From: Candidatus Omnitrophota bacterium
Lineage (GTDB): Bacteria > Omnitrophota > Gorgyraeia > Zapsychrales > Fredricksoniimonadaceae
Direction: 5' to 3'
Length of the DNA: 64,000 nucleotides
Assembly: GCA_037131245.1 (NCBI GenBank)
Contig: JBAXRK010000012.1
Coordinates: 10,690-74,689, forward strand
Shown: one piece after another, positions 20,001 to 29,229 of the stretch
How the letters are laid out: every line of letters begins with the position of its first letter
Position numbering within the stretch: the first letter of the stretch is position 1
Made by a program: the position numbers and the translations under genes
The notes under the pieces: model-generated
Told to the model about the DNA's origin: nothing
What the model saw: the letters and a program-made list of their open reading frames with translations, nothing else
Databases searched by the model: none

Positions 20001-20660
20001 ATTCGATACGGCCTGAGCTTCCCCGGAACGGCCGGCCTTATAATCGCTTTCTAACTGAACCTTCAAATGCATGCCCGTCACATAAACCGTATTGCCCTTT
20101 TCATAAACGGTAGCGTTCTCCGGTGTGATCCAGACCTTATTGAACGTATCCATCGGAATATCCGTCGTGCCTAACTGCGCCTGGGCGGAGGCGTAAACCT
20201 TCTGCCAGAACTCTTTGCCTAACGCTGTTTCAGGATAAATAAGCGACGCGGTGAACTGTTTTAAAAGATAGTCCTGCGCCAGGAATTCGCGGCCAAGTTC
20301 GGTCTTAATGAGCTCATCGGGGACGATCCGGTCCTTCTCAACAGGCGAAAGGTTCACCCACAGATCTTTCCGGGGAATGGTCATGGCCGCCAGAAAATAA
20401 TTGACCAAGCGCTGACTTTCCTCTTTGAGCACCGGGCCATCAGCCTTCGTGTCCCCAGAATCAAGGATAAAATCGAATTGGAGGGGGTTTTCAGGATGAA
20501 TGGTCATGCCACGCAAGACCATCGGGTTGAACGCGCCGCTGACCGCTACCATCGCGCCAGGCACCGGCAAATGAAGAGCCTGTACCGCCACCTGAGCATA
20601 GCTTAACTCAGGCATCAAGCCGATCAATAAACTAAGAACAATGGACAGAAATTTCTTCAT
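17046..20660 (-). CDS. Large exported/membrane protein of unknown function (paralog A)
   Basis: 1,204 aa with a signal peptide (MKKFLSIVLSLLIGLMPELSYAQ) and AAGAGGAAG upstream. A central hydrophobic hairpin (GLTFLLLSAYLVTVV...IAALAAMIPGMLIV) is present. The N-terminal ~300 aa and the last ~50 aa are shared with the next gene. Confidence 0.85.
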   Translation of the reverse strand: MKKFLSIVLSLLIGLMPELSYAQVAVQALHLPVPGAMVAVSGAFNPMVLRGMTIHPENPLQFDFILDSGDTKADGPVLKEESQRLVNYFLAAMTIPRKDLWVNLSPVEKDRIVPDELIKTELGREFLAQDYLLKQFTASLIYPETALGKEFWQKVYASAQAQLGTTDIPMDTFNKVWITPENATVYEKGNTVYVTGMHLKVQLESDYKAGRSGEAQAVSNEAQELSKQVLRSVIIPVIEKEVNEGANFASLRQSMYSLVLAQWYQDAVKESVLNRAYAGQGKVAGVDVSDPANREKIYQQYMEAYKKGVFNYIKEESRPVVDGSAEVMPRKYFSGGVDVTRKVGLNHAQSLDAAEKPKDARLIRVELSDASQVGNVVPDTINEEGATRIDARVTSSGDIKALTTALIRDPEAIAGVVNKVLTTKAAGATVTSIRILQLGTNKKPVDLDASWYHKGFFNFNAKNGVRVAFSDGTWVRVSIERQREVTVKGPAALGLDQEANFLTAFLAAYGLEVKKVILNRMPDKAMAELAAAVASAAGNGKLNAAQAVALAKTAVKTIEGVLGQSRFKSTNISASDAKIKDDLLRLRSFLQAHSEQRLSNRFTMGMGLTFLLLSAYLVTVVKYGIYGDIAALAAMIPGMLIVKESLNSRGELQYRKERALSVIRRMRFQLSPATDRDILAVLRKTSASLGASLADPAKTAELGRIFATLLSGMAVGVNNERADLDLQGQIDAFKSKAKGSFFGVLETTMQKTLRTEDSLSVANLREFIDADPQGFYNDFVQPIMQKYKNPDILLNEDTTNRPLWLALVSTIVQGMMTDASQADTTSWTVRDRIKSIVLKGFMNDLRDGRTVGLVRALKKITGNIPGTWSVASGKELGSLAADDMVLHYMFEDEVSHENVASYLIGEPTIYTFTFGHADVPKVVVVVDAAENIRPGTIVLPVVKKYQTVKITVNRKTRTYELSKLEEAIRTIEGHFKTGPGDSMRRVMTRDGGAGLVLGLSGEIGLWGVDTDLITYFLKVSLERARQEYRGRLFSRTIAGVEYPFSWSNRAVVEGRGQSEVLVIGLDGKPNGRPTAKQLRQLENDIRATMAIFTAIVRDAAEKSDDEVNPMPAGEGPVVGDHGVITDDRNQPAGEEGLSPDSDNAGKVQVEGGIDARDISVMRQGELTAGVVDDAAIERMIMSSPGLKGVIIDIKPVADIMMILK

Positions 20661-20780
20661 GCCGTCTTCCTCTTAACTAATGGTGAACGCAAGAAAATGT
20701 CCTGAATGGAAAAAGATGGCAAAGTATAACATCTGTAAAGCCAAAATCAAGAGGGGGTGGCCAAATAGACTACTGGAAGG

Positions 20781-22487
20781 TTAACGAAGCGGTAGAATAT
20801 CAATAATGACGCCGTTAAGGCCCGGCGCGTCAACGATCATTTTTTCCAGGCCGGCGTCGGAAACCAGGGGGCCAATATTGCCGATGCCCTGCCTTTCGAT
20901 GGCCAGAGAACCGGCATCGATACCGCCGTTCACATCCGGCATATCCTGCGAAGCGTCTGAATCGTCCTTCCGATCGCCGCGCATTTTCCCCAGCGCTTTT
21001 TTAACCTGGTCGATCTGCCGGTCATTCATCCGGCGAAGCTTGTACTGGGCGCCGATGAGAAAAACCTGGCTCAGCATCAGGGGAGCAACGGCGGCCCATC
21101 CCTGGTCCAGGCATCCGGCCATGACCGCCACCCCAACCCCAGCTGACAGGCCCAATACAAGCATCGAGAGGCTGTTCCGGTTCTGTGTCACATGGTAGCG
21201 GATCTTCTTATCAACAAAAGTGTCGACACGCACCAATTTATCCAGCAGGGCCGAGAGCGCCGCAACAAAAGCGCTTCTCCTGACTGCCTGCCCATCGACC
21301 AGGATAAACCCGCTTTCCGAATTGGCCTGCTCAACATTATTAACTTCAAGCTGTGCCGTTAAAGACCTGGCAGCCTCCCGGCCCGATGAACTACCCGTTT
21401 CTTGTGCCGGATCCCTGGGCATCAAAACCACCCGCATCACTTCCGGTTGGTCGACAGCGTCCGGAATCCGGTCTCCGGCCTTAAACGAGATCTCGGGAAC
21501 ATGGACCCCGCCGGAAAAATAGCGCCGGACAGATTCCTCATCTTCCTTAATGTAATTGAAAACCCCTTTACGGTACGCTTCCATGTAACGCGTATAAATA
21601 TGCTCGCGCATTAAGGGATCATTCAAATCGATTCCCGCCACCTTGCTGCGGCTTGAATACGCCTTGTTAAGAATGCTCTCCTTGAGCCGTTGCTGATACC
21701 ACTGAGCCAGCGCTAACGGGTACATCGCCTGGCGCAAGGGCGCGAAATTCCTTCCCTCATTAACCTCTTTCTCAATGACCGGAATGATGACATCCCTTAA
21801 AACATGACGGTTGATGCCCTGTTCCCCGTCATCCTTCGCCTCACCCTTTGCCCCTTCATCCTGCCGGGCCAGATAATCCGACTCCAGCATGACTTTCAAA
21901 TGCAGGTCCGTCAAATAAACAGCATTGCCCTTCTCCACCGCCACCGCGCGATCGGGCTCGATCCATACCTTGTTAAAAGTATCCACCGGGATATCCGTCG
22001 TCCCGTACACGGCCTGCGCCCGGGCATAAACCTCTTTCCAGAAACGCCGGCCTATTTCCTCCTCGGGATAAATAAGGGAAGCGGTGAACTGCTTAAGAAT
22101 ATAATCCTGCTGAAGGAATATCCCGCCAAGCTCGGTCCGCACCAGGTTATCCGGCATGACACGCTCGCGCTCCACCGGTGACAGATTGACCCATAGATCC
22201 TGACGCGGAACAGTCATCGCGGCCAGAAAATAATCAACCAGCCGCTGGCCATCGTCCCTGGAGATCGCCGTGGACGCTAAGGCATCGCCTTTATTGACCA
22301 GAAAATCAAACCTGAGCGGCTCATCGGGATGAACGACCATGCCGCGCAATGTCGGCAGGTCGAAACGGGCGCTCACCTCAACGCGGGCGCCAGGTAGCGG
22401 CAATGAAAAAACCAGCGCATCGGCGTGGACAAGGACCGGCTGGAAAATAATCAAAAAAGTTAATAGGAAGGAAATTGTTCTCGACAT
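20781..22487 (-). CDS. Exported/membrane protein of unknown function (paralog B)
   Basis: 568 aa with a signal peptide (FLLTFLIIFQPVLVHADA). The N-terminal domain is collinear with paralog A (DLWVNLSPVE, LKQFTASLIYPE, GTTDIP.DTFNKVWI.P, VIIPVIEKEVNEG.NFA.LRQ, KGVFNYIKE). It has a hydrophobic hairpin and the same C-terminal motif. Confidence 0.85.
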   Translation of the reverse strand: MSRTISFLLTFLIIFQPVLVHADALVFSLPLPGARVEVSARFDLPTLRGMVVHPDEPLRFDFLVNKGDALASTAISRDDGQRLVDYFLAAMTVPRQDLWVNLSPVERERVMPDNLVRTELGGIFLQQDYILKQFTASLIYPEEEIGRRFWKEVYARAQAVYGTTDIPVDTFNKVWIEPDRAVAVEKGNAVYLTDLHLKVMLESDYLARQDEGAKGEAKDDGEQGINRHVLRDVIIPVIEKEVNEGRNFAPLRQAMYPLALAQWYQQRLKESILNKAYSSRSKVAGIDLNDPLMREHIYTRYMEAYRKGVFNYIKEDEESVRRYFSGGVHVPEISFKAGDRIPDAVDQPEVMRVVLMPRDPAQETGSSSGREAARSLTAQLEVNNVEQANSESGFILVDGQAVRRSAFVAALSALLDKLVRVDTFVDKKIRYHVTQNRNSLSMLVLGLSAGVGVAVMAGCLDQGWAAVAPLMLSQVFLIGAQYKLRRMNDRQIDQVKKALGKMRGDRKDDSDASQDMPDVNGGIDAGSLAIERQGIGNIGPLVSDAGLEKMIVDAPGLNGVIIDILPLR

Positions 22488-22631
22488 GACGCTTTATGAT
22501 AACTGCCATCATATATCACGTCAACCACCCCCGGCCAAATAACTGAGTTGTAAGCCTATGAATAACAAGGCTTTATACATCTTAACAAACACTTAAGATT
22601 CAGATGTGGGGAGTGTCAAAAAAACGTTCTA

Positions 22632-23636
22632 TCAGGAAGAAAATGAAGCGCAGGAATCGCGGATAACGAGCTCGGGATCCATGGCCAGGCGGGAACGCGT
22701 CTCATTCTTGCCGCTAATCATGTCATGCAGGATACGCACCGACTTCTCGGCCATTTCAAAGACCGGCTGGCGCACGGTGGTGAGGCCCACCGGCCCGTAA
22801 AGCGCCTGGGGGCTGTCATCAAAACCGATAATAGAAACATCTTCCGGGATGCGGATGCCCATTTCAAAGGCCACCGCCATGACCTCCAGCGCCATGTCGT
22901 CGCTCTGGGCAAAGATCGCTGAAGGGCGCTCTTTCATGGAAAAAAGGAATTCCGCGGCCTGCCGGGCGCTGCGGCGCGAATAATCACCGCGCTGAACATA
23001 TTCCTTGGGGACCTCGATCTTGGCATCGTCCATCCCCTTCATGAACCCGTCAAAACGGTCAAAACCCGACTGGGTCTTTAAATTACCGGTAATGGTCGCC
23101 ACGCGTTTATGGCCGAGGCCGGCCAGATATGTCGCCGCGATCGCGCCGCCCTTTAAGTTATTGATCGCAATGTACCCGACGTCCACTTCCTGAACGACAT
23201 TATTAATGACCAGGCACGGGATATGGCGGTCCAGCGAGTCTTCCAGCTGCTTGCGGTTCTCAATGATATCGGCAAAAATAATACCGCCCATATAGCTGGC
23301 ATTGAGCGGGTTGACCCCGTCGGAAATATGAAAGACCATATCGAGCTTGAGCGCCTCGCAGGCATGCCCGACGCCGCGGATGATCTCGATGGCAAAAAAA
23401 GAATGGAAGATGCCCGGGTAGCCCGGCATGACCAGCCCGATAGCGTTATTGGCACCGCTGGCCAGGCGCTGAGCGCTGACGTTAGGCCGATACTTAAGCT
23501 CGGCGACCGCGGCTTCAACGCGCTGCACATTACGCTTATTGACGGAGGGGAATTTATTAATAACGCGCGAGACGGTCGTGATCGAAACCTTGGCAAGTTT
23601 CGCGACATCCTTGATATTAATGCGCTTATTGCTCAC
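22632..23636 (-). CDS. LacI family transcriptional regulator
   Basis: GTG start. The N-terminal HTH is INIKDVAKLAKVSITTVSRVIN, followed by a periplasmic-binding-protein-like sugar-binding core. Confidence 0.92.
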   Translation of the reverse strand: MSNKRINIKDVAKLAKVSITTVSRVINKFPSVNKRNVQRVEAAVAELKYRPNVSAQRLASGANNAIGLVMPGYPGIFHSFFAIEIIRGVGHACEALKLDMVFHISDGVNPLNASYMGGIIFADIIENRKQLEDSLDRHIPCLVINNVVQEVDVGYIAINNLKGGAIAATYLAGLGHKRVATITGNLKTQSGFDRFDGFMKGMDDAKIEVPKEYVQRGDYSRRSARQAAEFLFSMKERPSAIFAQSDDMALEVMAVAFEMGIRIPEDVSIIGFDDSPQALYGPVGLTTVRQPVFEMAEKSVRILHDMISGKNETRSRLAMDPELVIRDSCASFSS

Positions 23637-23638
23637 GT

Positions 23639-25000
23639 TCAGCGAACCTGGTCGCCGGCCTTAAAGGCCATCGTCTTCTGCTTGATATCGGCGGCCGAAA
23701 TATCCTTGCGCACCTGGATGACCGCGACCGACCCGATCTGATCCCTGCCGCGGTACACCTTGAAGGTATCGCCGGTATGGATGTTATCGTTCTGCCCCAT
23801 GTCGATGACCACGAAGTTATTCTCTTCGTTCACGCTCACCACGCTGCCCGACTGGCGCGGCGCGGTGGTCGGCGTTGTTTTCACCGGAGCGGAAGCGGCG
23901 TTCACCACGATCGGAGCCAGCTCAACTTCGCCGGCATTGTTCTTGCTCATGTCAAAGCGGGTATCAACATCCTTCTTGATCTTCCAGATCTCGTCGATAC
24001 GGCCCTGGATGATATTCTCGGTCTCGGAAAGCTTCTTCTCCACCGCGGCCTTGTCGTCCGTCAGGCGGGCAATGCTCTTCTCGAGCGCCACCTTGGTAGA
24101 GGAAAGCTGCTTGATGTCGCTGCGCAAGCCCTGGTTCTCGGCGCTCACCCGGTCGGCGCGATCGGAGGTGATCTTGCTCTCGTTGCGCGCGCGGGCCAGC
24201 TCGATGGAAAGGCTGTCGGCGAGGTCGTCGCCGTACTTGATCTTGCGGACGATCTCGTCGCGCTCGTTCTTCAGGCGGCCAAGCTCGATCTCCAGGTCGG
24301 AATTCGCTTTCTTAAGCTCTTCGGCCTTGATATCTTTTTCGGAAAGTTTCTTTTTCACGTCAACGAGTTCAAGCTCAAGCGCGGCTTTCTGGCGCATGAT
24401 CCCCGCCCAGTAGGCCTCGTTGGCGGTATTCTCAATAACAACATTCGTGGTCACCGGCGCAGCAACGGGCGCTGCCGCCACGGCCACAGGAGCATCGGCA
24501 ACAGGCGCGGGCGCGGCTTTGGGCGCATTGGGATCAACAGGATTACCGTTGGCATCCACCAGGCGGTCGCGGTACACGATCTTTTCTTTCTCAACGATCT
24601 TTTCAGGAACGTTCTTGATCTTCTCCATCAGGTCATCACGTTCCCGGCGGAGCGTCGCCATGCGGGCGTCGAGGTCGGACTTGTCGCGCTGGACGCGATT
24701 GAGGTCTTCGGTGATCTTGTCGGCGGTGCGGCGGGCGTCTTCAAATTTTTTATTTCCGGAATCGATATCGCGGACTTTTTGCTCGATATCCTTACGCAGC
24801 CCCTGCGACTCATCCGTCAGTTTCTTGATCTGCTGTTCCAGGCTGCGCGTTTTTGTTTCAGCGTCGTTGACCTGGCTCTGCAAATACTGATTATTCTTTT
24901 CAAGCCCCATCTTCTGAAGCAACGTCATCACCGCGACCCCGACGCTGACTACCAACAGGATGATGAGTATGACGATACTCTGCTTGATGATCTTTGACAT
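23639..25000 (-). CDS. Membrane-anchored coiled-coil protein with C-terminal beta domain
   Basis: The ATG at 25000 gives an N-terminal TM helix (IVILIILLVVSVGVAVMTLL). Long heptad-like charged helices are split by an A/P/V-rich linker. The C-terminus is SVVSVNEENNFVVIDMGQNDNIHTGDTFKVYRG. Confidence 0.75.
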   Translation of the reverse strand: MSKIIKQSIVILIILLVVSVGVAVMTLLQKMGLEKNNQYLQSQVNDAETKTRSLEQQIKKLTDESQGLRKDIEQKVRDIDSGNKKFEDARRTADKITEDLNRVQRDKSDLDARMATLRRERDDLMEKIKNVPEKIVEKEKIVYRDRLVDANGNPVDPNAPKAAPAPVADAPVAVAAAPVAAPVTTNVVIENTANEAYWAGIMRQKAALELELVDVKKKLSEKDIKAEELKKANSDLEIELGRLKNERDEIVRKIKYGDDLADSLSIELARARNESKITSDRADRVSAENQGLRSDIKQLSSTKVALEKSIARLTDDKAAVEKKLSETENIIQGRIDEIWKIKKDVDTRFDMSKNNAGEVELAPIVVNAASAPVKTTPTTAPRQSGSVVSVNEENNFVVIDMGQNDNIHTGDTFKVYRGRDQIGSVAVIQVRKDISAADIKQKTMAFKAGDQVR

Positions 25001-25095
25001 GCGGATTCTCCCTTGTTTATATTGGAAACATTTAGAATATAACAAAGGAATTCAACGGACTCAATGAAAAAGAGAAAAATCTTTAGGAGCGCAAA

Positions 25096-25776
25096 TTACT
25101 GGTAGGAAATGTCATCCAGGTAAAAAGTACAATGATGTGGATTGGCATCCACATTCGCGGTCCAGGCGAAGCCGCCGCTGATATGGGTCAGGTCCTTGCC
25201 GCGCAGGTCAATAGTATATTCTTTCCACTGGTTGGTCAGGATGACCGGACCAATGGACGCAGTATCGGAATCGGGATAAATATTATTAGCGCCAATGCCG
25301 CCCACCCGGAATTCTTCAATGCGCTCGCCGCCCAATTCGCCTTTGGCCCAGAACGTCAGACGCTCCGCGCCGGTAAGATTGTACCCGCCCTTGCGGTCGC
25401 CCCAATTATCCGCGGGGTTCTGCCAGTAAATACCGGCCCATTTGCGGCCCTGCTTGGAACAGGAAACGTCGTACACAATGCGGATGGACGTTTTGCCTTC
25501 TTTAGGGTCGTACTGCCAGCCGTCGTCAAGCGCGATGCATTCTCCGGTCGGCATGTAACCGGATGGCGTAAAACGATTTCGGGATGCTTTGTCCTTGTAA
25601 ACAACAAAGGGCGAGAAAGGTTCATGGAAAGACTGAGGGCCCTGGGCAGGCGCCTCCTTGGCAACACCGAATTCTTTTTCGATGCTTTTGGAAATATGTT
25701 CTTCTGACGGCTGCCGGGAACACGCCCCAACAGCCGTCAGAAGAACACAAAGACTGAACAGCCTTACAAAGAACAT
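25096..25776 (-). CDS. Lipoprotein with carbohydrate-binding-module-like beta-sandwich
   Basis: The signal peptide ends LLTAVGAC. The pattern GIYWQNPADNWGDRKGGYNLTGAERLTFWAKG...CTFYLDDISY resembles galactose-binding-like CBMs. The function is not established. Confidence 0.55.
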   Translation of the reverse strand: MFFVRLFSLCVLLTAVGACSRQPSEEHISKSIEKEFGVAKEAPAQGPQSFHEPFSPFVVYKDKASRNRFTPSGYMPTGECIALDDGWQYDPKEGKTSIRIVYDVSCSKQGRKWAGIYWQNPADNWGDRKGGYNLTGAERLTFWAKGELGGERIEEFRVGGIGANNIYPDSDTASIGPVILTNQWKEYTIDLRGKDLTHISGGFAWTANVDANPHHCTFYLDDISYQ

Positions 25777-26742
25777 TTATTTTGCCGCTTCCAGTTCAAT
25801 GATCTGCTGCTGCGCCGCTTCGGCAGGTTTCCAGAACCAACCCTGGGTATCCCAGCATTGGGAGAAACCATACTCCTTGACGACCTGATTAAAAACCGTC
25901 AGTGCTTCCGTTCTCTTGTCGGCATTACGATACGCCTGGCCGAGGATAAAGAGCGACGTCCCAACGTCATTAAGGGCCCAGAACGAATTGATCTTTTCCT
26001 GGGATTCCCACGGGAACTCTTTGAGCCCTGCCTGCATCTCACGAGCCTGGGCGCCGTAAAGGCTCAGGTTCTTGTTCACATACGCCAGAACGCTATTAAG
26101 GTCTTTCTTCGCCAGAGCTTCCCAAGCCTTCTTGGCGATGGTGCTTGAGGTCATGTCACCAAAATCAAGGTCGAGACCCTTGGCCATCATGTCCAGTTTG
26201 TCCTTGGCGGCATCAACAGGCTTCCAGAACGTTTTCTGAACCAGATCATACGCCTGCCCAAAAGAAAACTCATTAACCACGCGGTTAAAAGCCTTCTTGG
26301 CCTCGTCCATTTTTCCAGCCTGACGGTACGCTTCGCCCTGAATATAAAGGCTGGTCGCCACGTCGTTCACAGCCCAATAAGCGAAGATCTTCTGGTCTTC
26401 ACCGGCCGGATACTCCTTGAGCCCGGACTGCATCACACGGGCTTTTTCAGCATAAAGTTCAAGGCACTTGTTGGTATAAACCAGGACCGCTTCCAGGTTC
26501 TTATCCGCCAGCGCCTGCCAGGCCTTGGTGGCCAGCGTGGTCGAGCGGAAATCACCAAAATTATAAGGCGAAGCCTTGGGCATCGCCACCGGAGCGGAAA
26601 CGGCTGCTGCTGCCGCCGCCGGCATCGCGGGCGCCGCTACTTCAGCTGCCGCTTTCACATCCGCCTGGACCGGCTCTTCGGCGCGGGCAGAACCTGCCGC
26701 CGTGAGCGCAAAAATAATGGATAACAAGCCTAACTTCCTCAT
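25777..26742 (-). CDS. Secreted helical-repeat (TPR-like) protein with two copies of a ~115-aa module
   Basis: The ATG at 26742 is preceded by a perfect AGGAGG with 5-nt spacing, and a signal peptide MRKLGLLSIIFALTAAGSARA follows. Two internal repeats are visible (KAWQALADKNLEAVLVYTNKCLELY... / KAWEALAKKDLNSVLAYVNKNLSLY...). Confidence 0.65.
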   Translation of the reverse strand: MRKLGLLSIIFALTAAGSARAEEPVQADVKAAAEVAAPAMPAAAAAAVSAPVAMPKASPYNFGDFRSTTLATKAWQALADKNLEAVLVYTNKCLELYAEKARVMQSGLKEYPAGEDQKIFAYWAVNDVATSLYIQGEAYRQAGKMDEAKKAFNRVVNEFSFGQAYDLVQKTFWKPVDAAKDKLDMMAKGLDLDFGDMTSSTIAKKAWEALAKKDLNSVLAYVNKNLSLYGAQAREMQAGLKEFPWESQEKINSFWALNDVGTSLFILGQAYRNADKRTEALTVFNQVVKEYGFSQCWDTQGWFWKPAEAAQQQIIELEAAK

Positions 26743-26879
26743 CACTGCCTCCTGGTTGTTGATGGTGTTGACTTTAAGATCAAAGCTCGAGAATACAAGA
26801 CCCTGTCCGGCATCCCGTTGTTTTTGTAAGTGAGAGTATGCCACAAAAATTGATGTTTTGCCAATTTTTATTACGCCGC

Positions 26880-29201
26880 TCACTTATTCCACAAGTCTTT
26901 ATAAAGATAGTACGCCTTCCTCGGCTGACGCAGGAACGGGCTGCTCTTCCCGTCACCCTGCCCGACGATGCCAAACCACTCTTCAAAATAATAACCACCC
27001 ACGAAAGGCCCGATAACGTCGGCCTTGGTATCATGCTTGGCGGGTTCGTAATTCTTCCACCACTCATCCATCCATTCAAACGTGATGCCGCCGAGCGCGT
27101 TCCCTTCGCCGTCCGCGTAACCGGCCGAATTAGCCATAATATCGAGCCACGCGCCGCGATGATAGGCCGCCTGCTCTTCTTCGGCCTCATCGAGGCTGAC
27201 CTGCTTGGAATAGGCCGGCGCGCCGTACTCGGTAATGAACGCCGGCTTATTCGTCGCCCGACGAACCTCGTCCCAGAACGAAGCAAAACCATAATCGCCG
27301 CGATAAACGTTCGCGCCAAAAATATCGACCGCCGGCGCGTATTTCGCGAATTTATCCAGATAAAGAATATCGCCATTGCAGATCGCGACCGGACGGTCGG
27401 GATCAAGCTCCTTGATCCGCTTGGCCACCATGTTCACGAACTTATAGTAAGCCTCCGGCTTTTTATCGGCATTCGACGCTACGCCGTAATTATTCTCATT
27501 TCCCAGGAGCCAGAAAAGGATATACGGCTCGTTCTTGAACTCATTGACCATTTTCTCGACGTTCACCATCATGGTCGCAAGATGCGCCGGGTTCTCGTAA
27601 TCAGTGCCCGTCGCCCAATCCGCGCCGGAACCGATAGCGTATTTCCCCAGAAAATCCTCCAGGATCACCATGACGCCGTAACGGTCATAAAGATCGCGCA
27701 GGACTTGCTTGTCGATTGGAGCATTCGGCAGATTATAAACACGGATGGCGTTCGCGCCCATTTCCTTGAGCAATTGAAAATCACCGACGACCGGCTCGTC
27801 AGGATCCTGGCTATTATTGCGGTTCTTGTCCACCCATGAGTCATACGGGCTGTCCGGCTTGCCGTTACCGTTGCGGTCCTGCGTCATCCAGTTCTCGAGC
27901 GTCCCCTTGTCGGGGCTCTGGCCGACCATAGCCGGCGAATAGGTGATCGCCTTGATCATGAACGGCTTCCCCGCCACGTACATGCGCCAATCGCCGCCGG
28001 TGTACTGCACCAGCTTGGTCTTCTTCCCCCCCAGGGTCCGGCGCGCTTTGCCCAGCTTCCGCTTCTGCGCCTGGCCGGAAAAAGGGCGGATTTCCCCAGG
28101 AGAAATAATAAAAATATCGTTCTTGGTATCGTTGTCGGCGCCGTTAATGACCTGCACCTTGCCACCGGCATATTCCAAGCCGAGCACCGGGTTCTGCCGC
28201 AGGATATTCTGGATCTTGCCTGCCGCGGCTTGCGCCGGATACCAGGGCGTCTGCCAATAAGTCATGCCCACCGAACGTGGAAAATGGACGATCAGCGCGT
28301 GATAGGCCTTGATCGCCTCCAGAAGCATGCCCGCTTTTTCAAAGATCAGCGCAGTATAAAAAAGCTTGATCCCGGGATCTTCAGGCGCGGTCGCCCACTT
28401 GAACAAAGCCGCCTCCAGGTCCTTGGTATTGACAAAATCCCAATAAGTGCCGCTCAGCCGCCCCTGCTGGAAGGCTTCCTTATAAAGGGGGTTCTTCAGG
28501 ACATCAGCAGTATTGGGATAGATCCCCTCACCTACGGCGGCGGCCAGGACGCTCGGATTGGTCATCGTGAACTTATAGTCTCTCGTGCCGATCCCGGAAA
28601 AAACGCCGTACCGGGAATAGTTCAGCACCCCGTCAGTTCCGGGCTTCGCCAGATGCGGCTTGGTCGCCGGAGCCATGGTCGACACCCCGCCACCCTCACA
28701 ATCCCCGCCGCCACGGATCACGCACTGGCTGGCCTTGCTTTTCTCAGCGATAGACCAATACGAGCCACGGCTGGCATCCCAGGATTGCGCGTAAGGATAA
28801 TCCTTGATCAGGCGGTCGAACGCCGCGAGCGCCTCATCATTACGGCCCTGATGCATCAAAGCCTCCGCGCTGACAAAAAGCGCCGTCGCCACATTATTCA
28901 TGATCTTATAGTTCTCTACCTGGTCCCTCAGCGGAAAAGCCGTCAGGCTGGTGCTTTGAGCCATCGCCTCCCGTTCATGCTGCGCCAAGATAGCGGCCAT
29001 GATCTTCTCCAGCTCCGCGTAATCGCCGCGATTGGACGCGGCCCATGACATATTGAGCAGTTCGCCAAGTTCCTGCGTGTAAGCGGCAGGCGCAACCATT
29101 TCTTCAACTCCGGCACGCGCAGGCCAACCCACACAGGCCCCTCCCGCCAGAACCAGAGCCGTCAGTGCCACCGTTAACCTGATATCCATTTTTTCACGCA
29201 T
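26880..29201 (-). CDS. Glycoside hydrolase, clan GH-A TIM-barrel type, with N-terminal helical-repeat module
   Basis: The C-terminal half has clan GH-A signatures: acid/base LLGNENNY and nucleophile AFITEYGAP. It also has a signal peptide. The family is not assignable by eye. The start is taken at the ATG at 29201. Confidence 0.7.
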   Translation of the reverse strand: MREKMDIRLTVALTALVLAGGACVGWPARAGVEEMVAPAAYTQELGELLNMSWAASNRGDYAELEKIMAAILAQHEREAMAQSTSLTAFPLRDQVENYKIMNNVATALFVSAEALMHQGRNDEALAAFDRLIKDYPYAQSWDASRGSYWSIAEKSKASQCVIRGGGDCEGGGVSTMAPATKPHLAKPGTDGVLNYSRYGVFSGIGTRDYKFTMTNPSVLAAAVGEGIYPNTADVLKNPLYKEAFQQGRLSGTYWDFVNTKDLEAALFKWATAPEDPGIKLFYTALIFEKAGMLLEAIKAYHALIVHFPRSVGMTYWQTPWYPAQAAAGKIQNILRQNPVLGLEYAGGKVQVINGADNDTKNDIFIISPGEIRPFSGQAQKRKLGKARRTLGGKKTKLVQYTGGDWRMYVAGKPFMIKAITYSPAMVGQSPDKGTLENWMTQDRNGNGKPDSPYDSWVDKNRNNSQDPDEPVVGDFQLLKEMGANAIRVYNLPNAPIDKQVLRDLYDRYGVMVILEDFLGKYAIGSGADWATGTDYENPAHLATMMVNVEKMVNEFKNEPYILFWLLGNENNYGVASNADKKPEAYYKFVNMVAKRIKELDPDRPVAICNGDILYLDKFAKYAPAVDIFGANVYRGDYGFASFWDEVRRATNKPAFITEYGAPAYSKQVSLDEAEEEQAAYHRGAWLDIMANSAGYADGEGNALGGITFEWMDEWWKNYEPAKHDTKADVIGPFVGGYYFEEWFGIVGQGDGKSSPFLRQPRKAYYLYKDLWNK

Positions 29202-29229
29202 AAAAAGATCCCGTCCGATCATTCCCTGG

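Noticed and set aside
23777-24997. 406-aa and 217-aa plus-strand ORFs opposite the coiled-coil gene
   Set aside because: The minus frame gives a clean TM anchor plus heptad-type coiled coil and is coupled to lacI. The plus frames are low-complexity mirror images.
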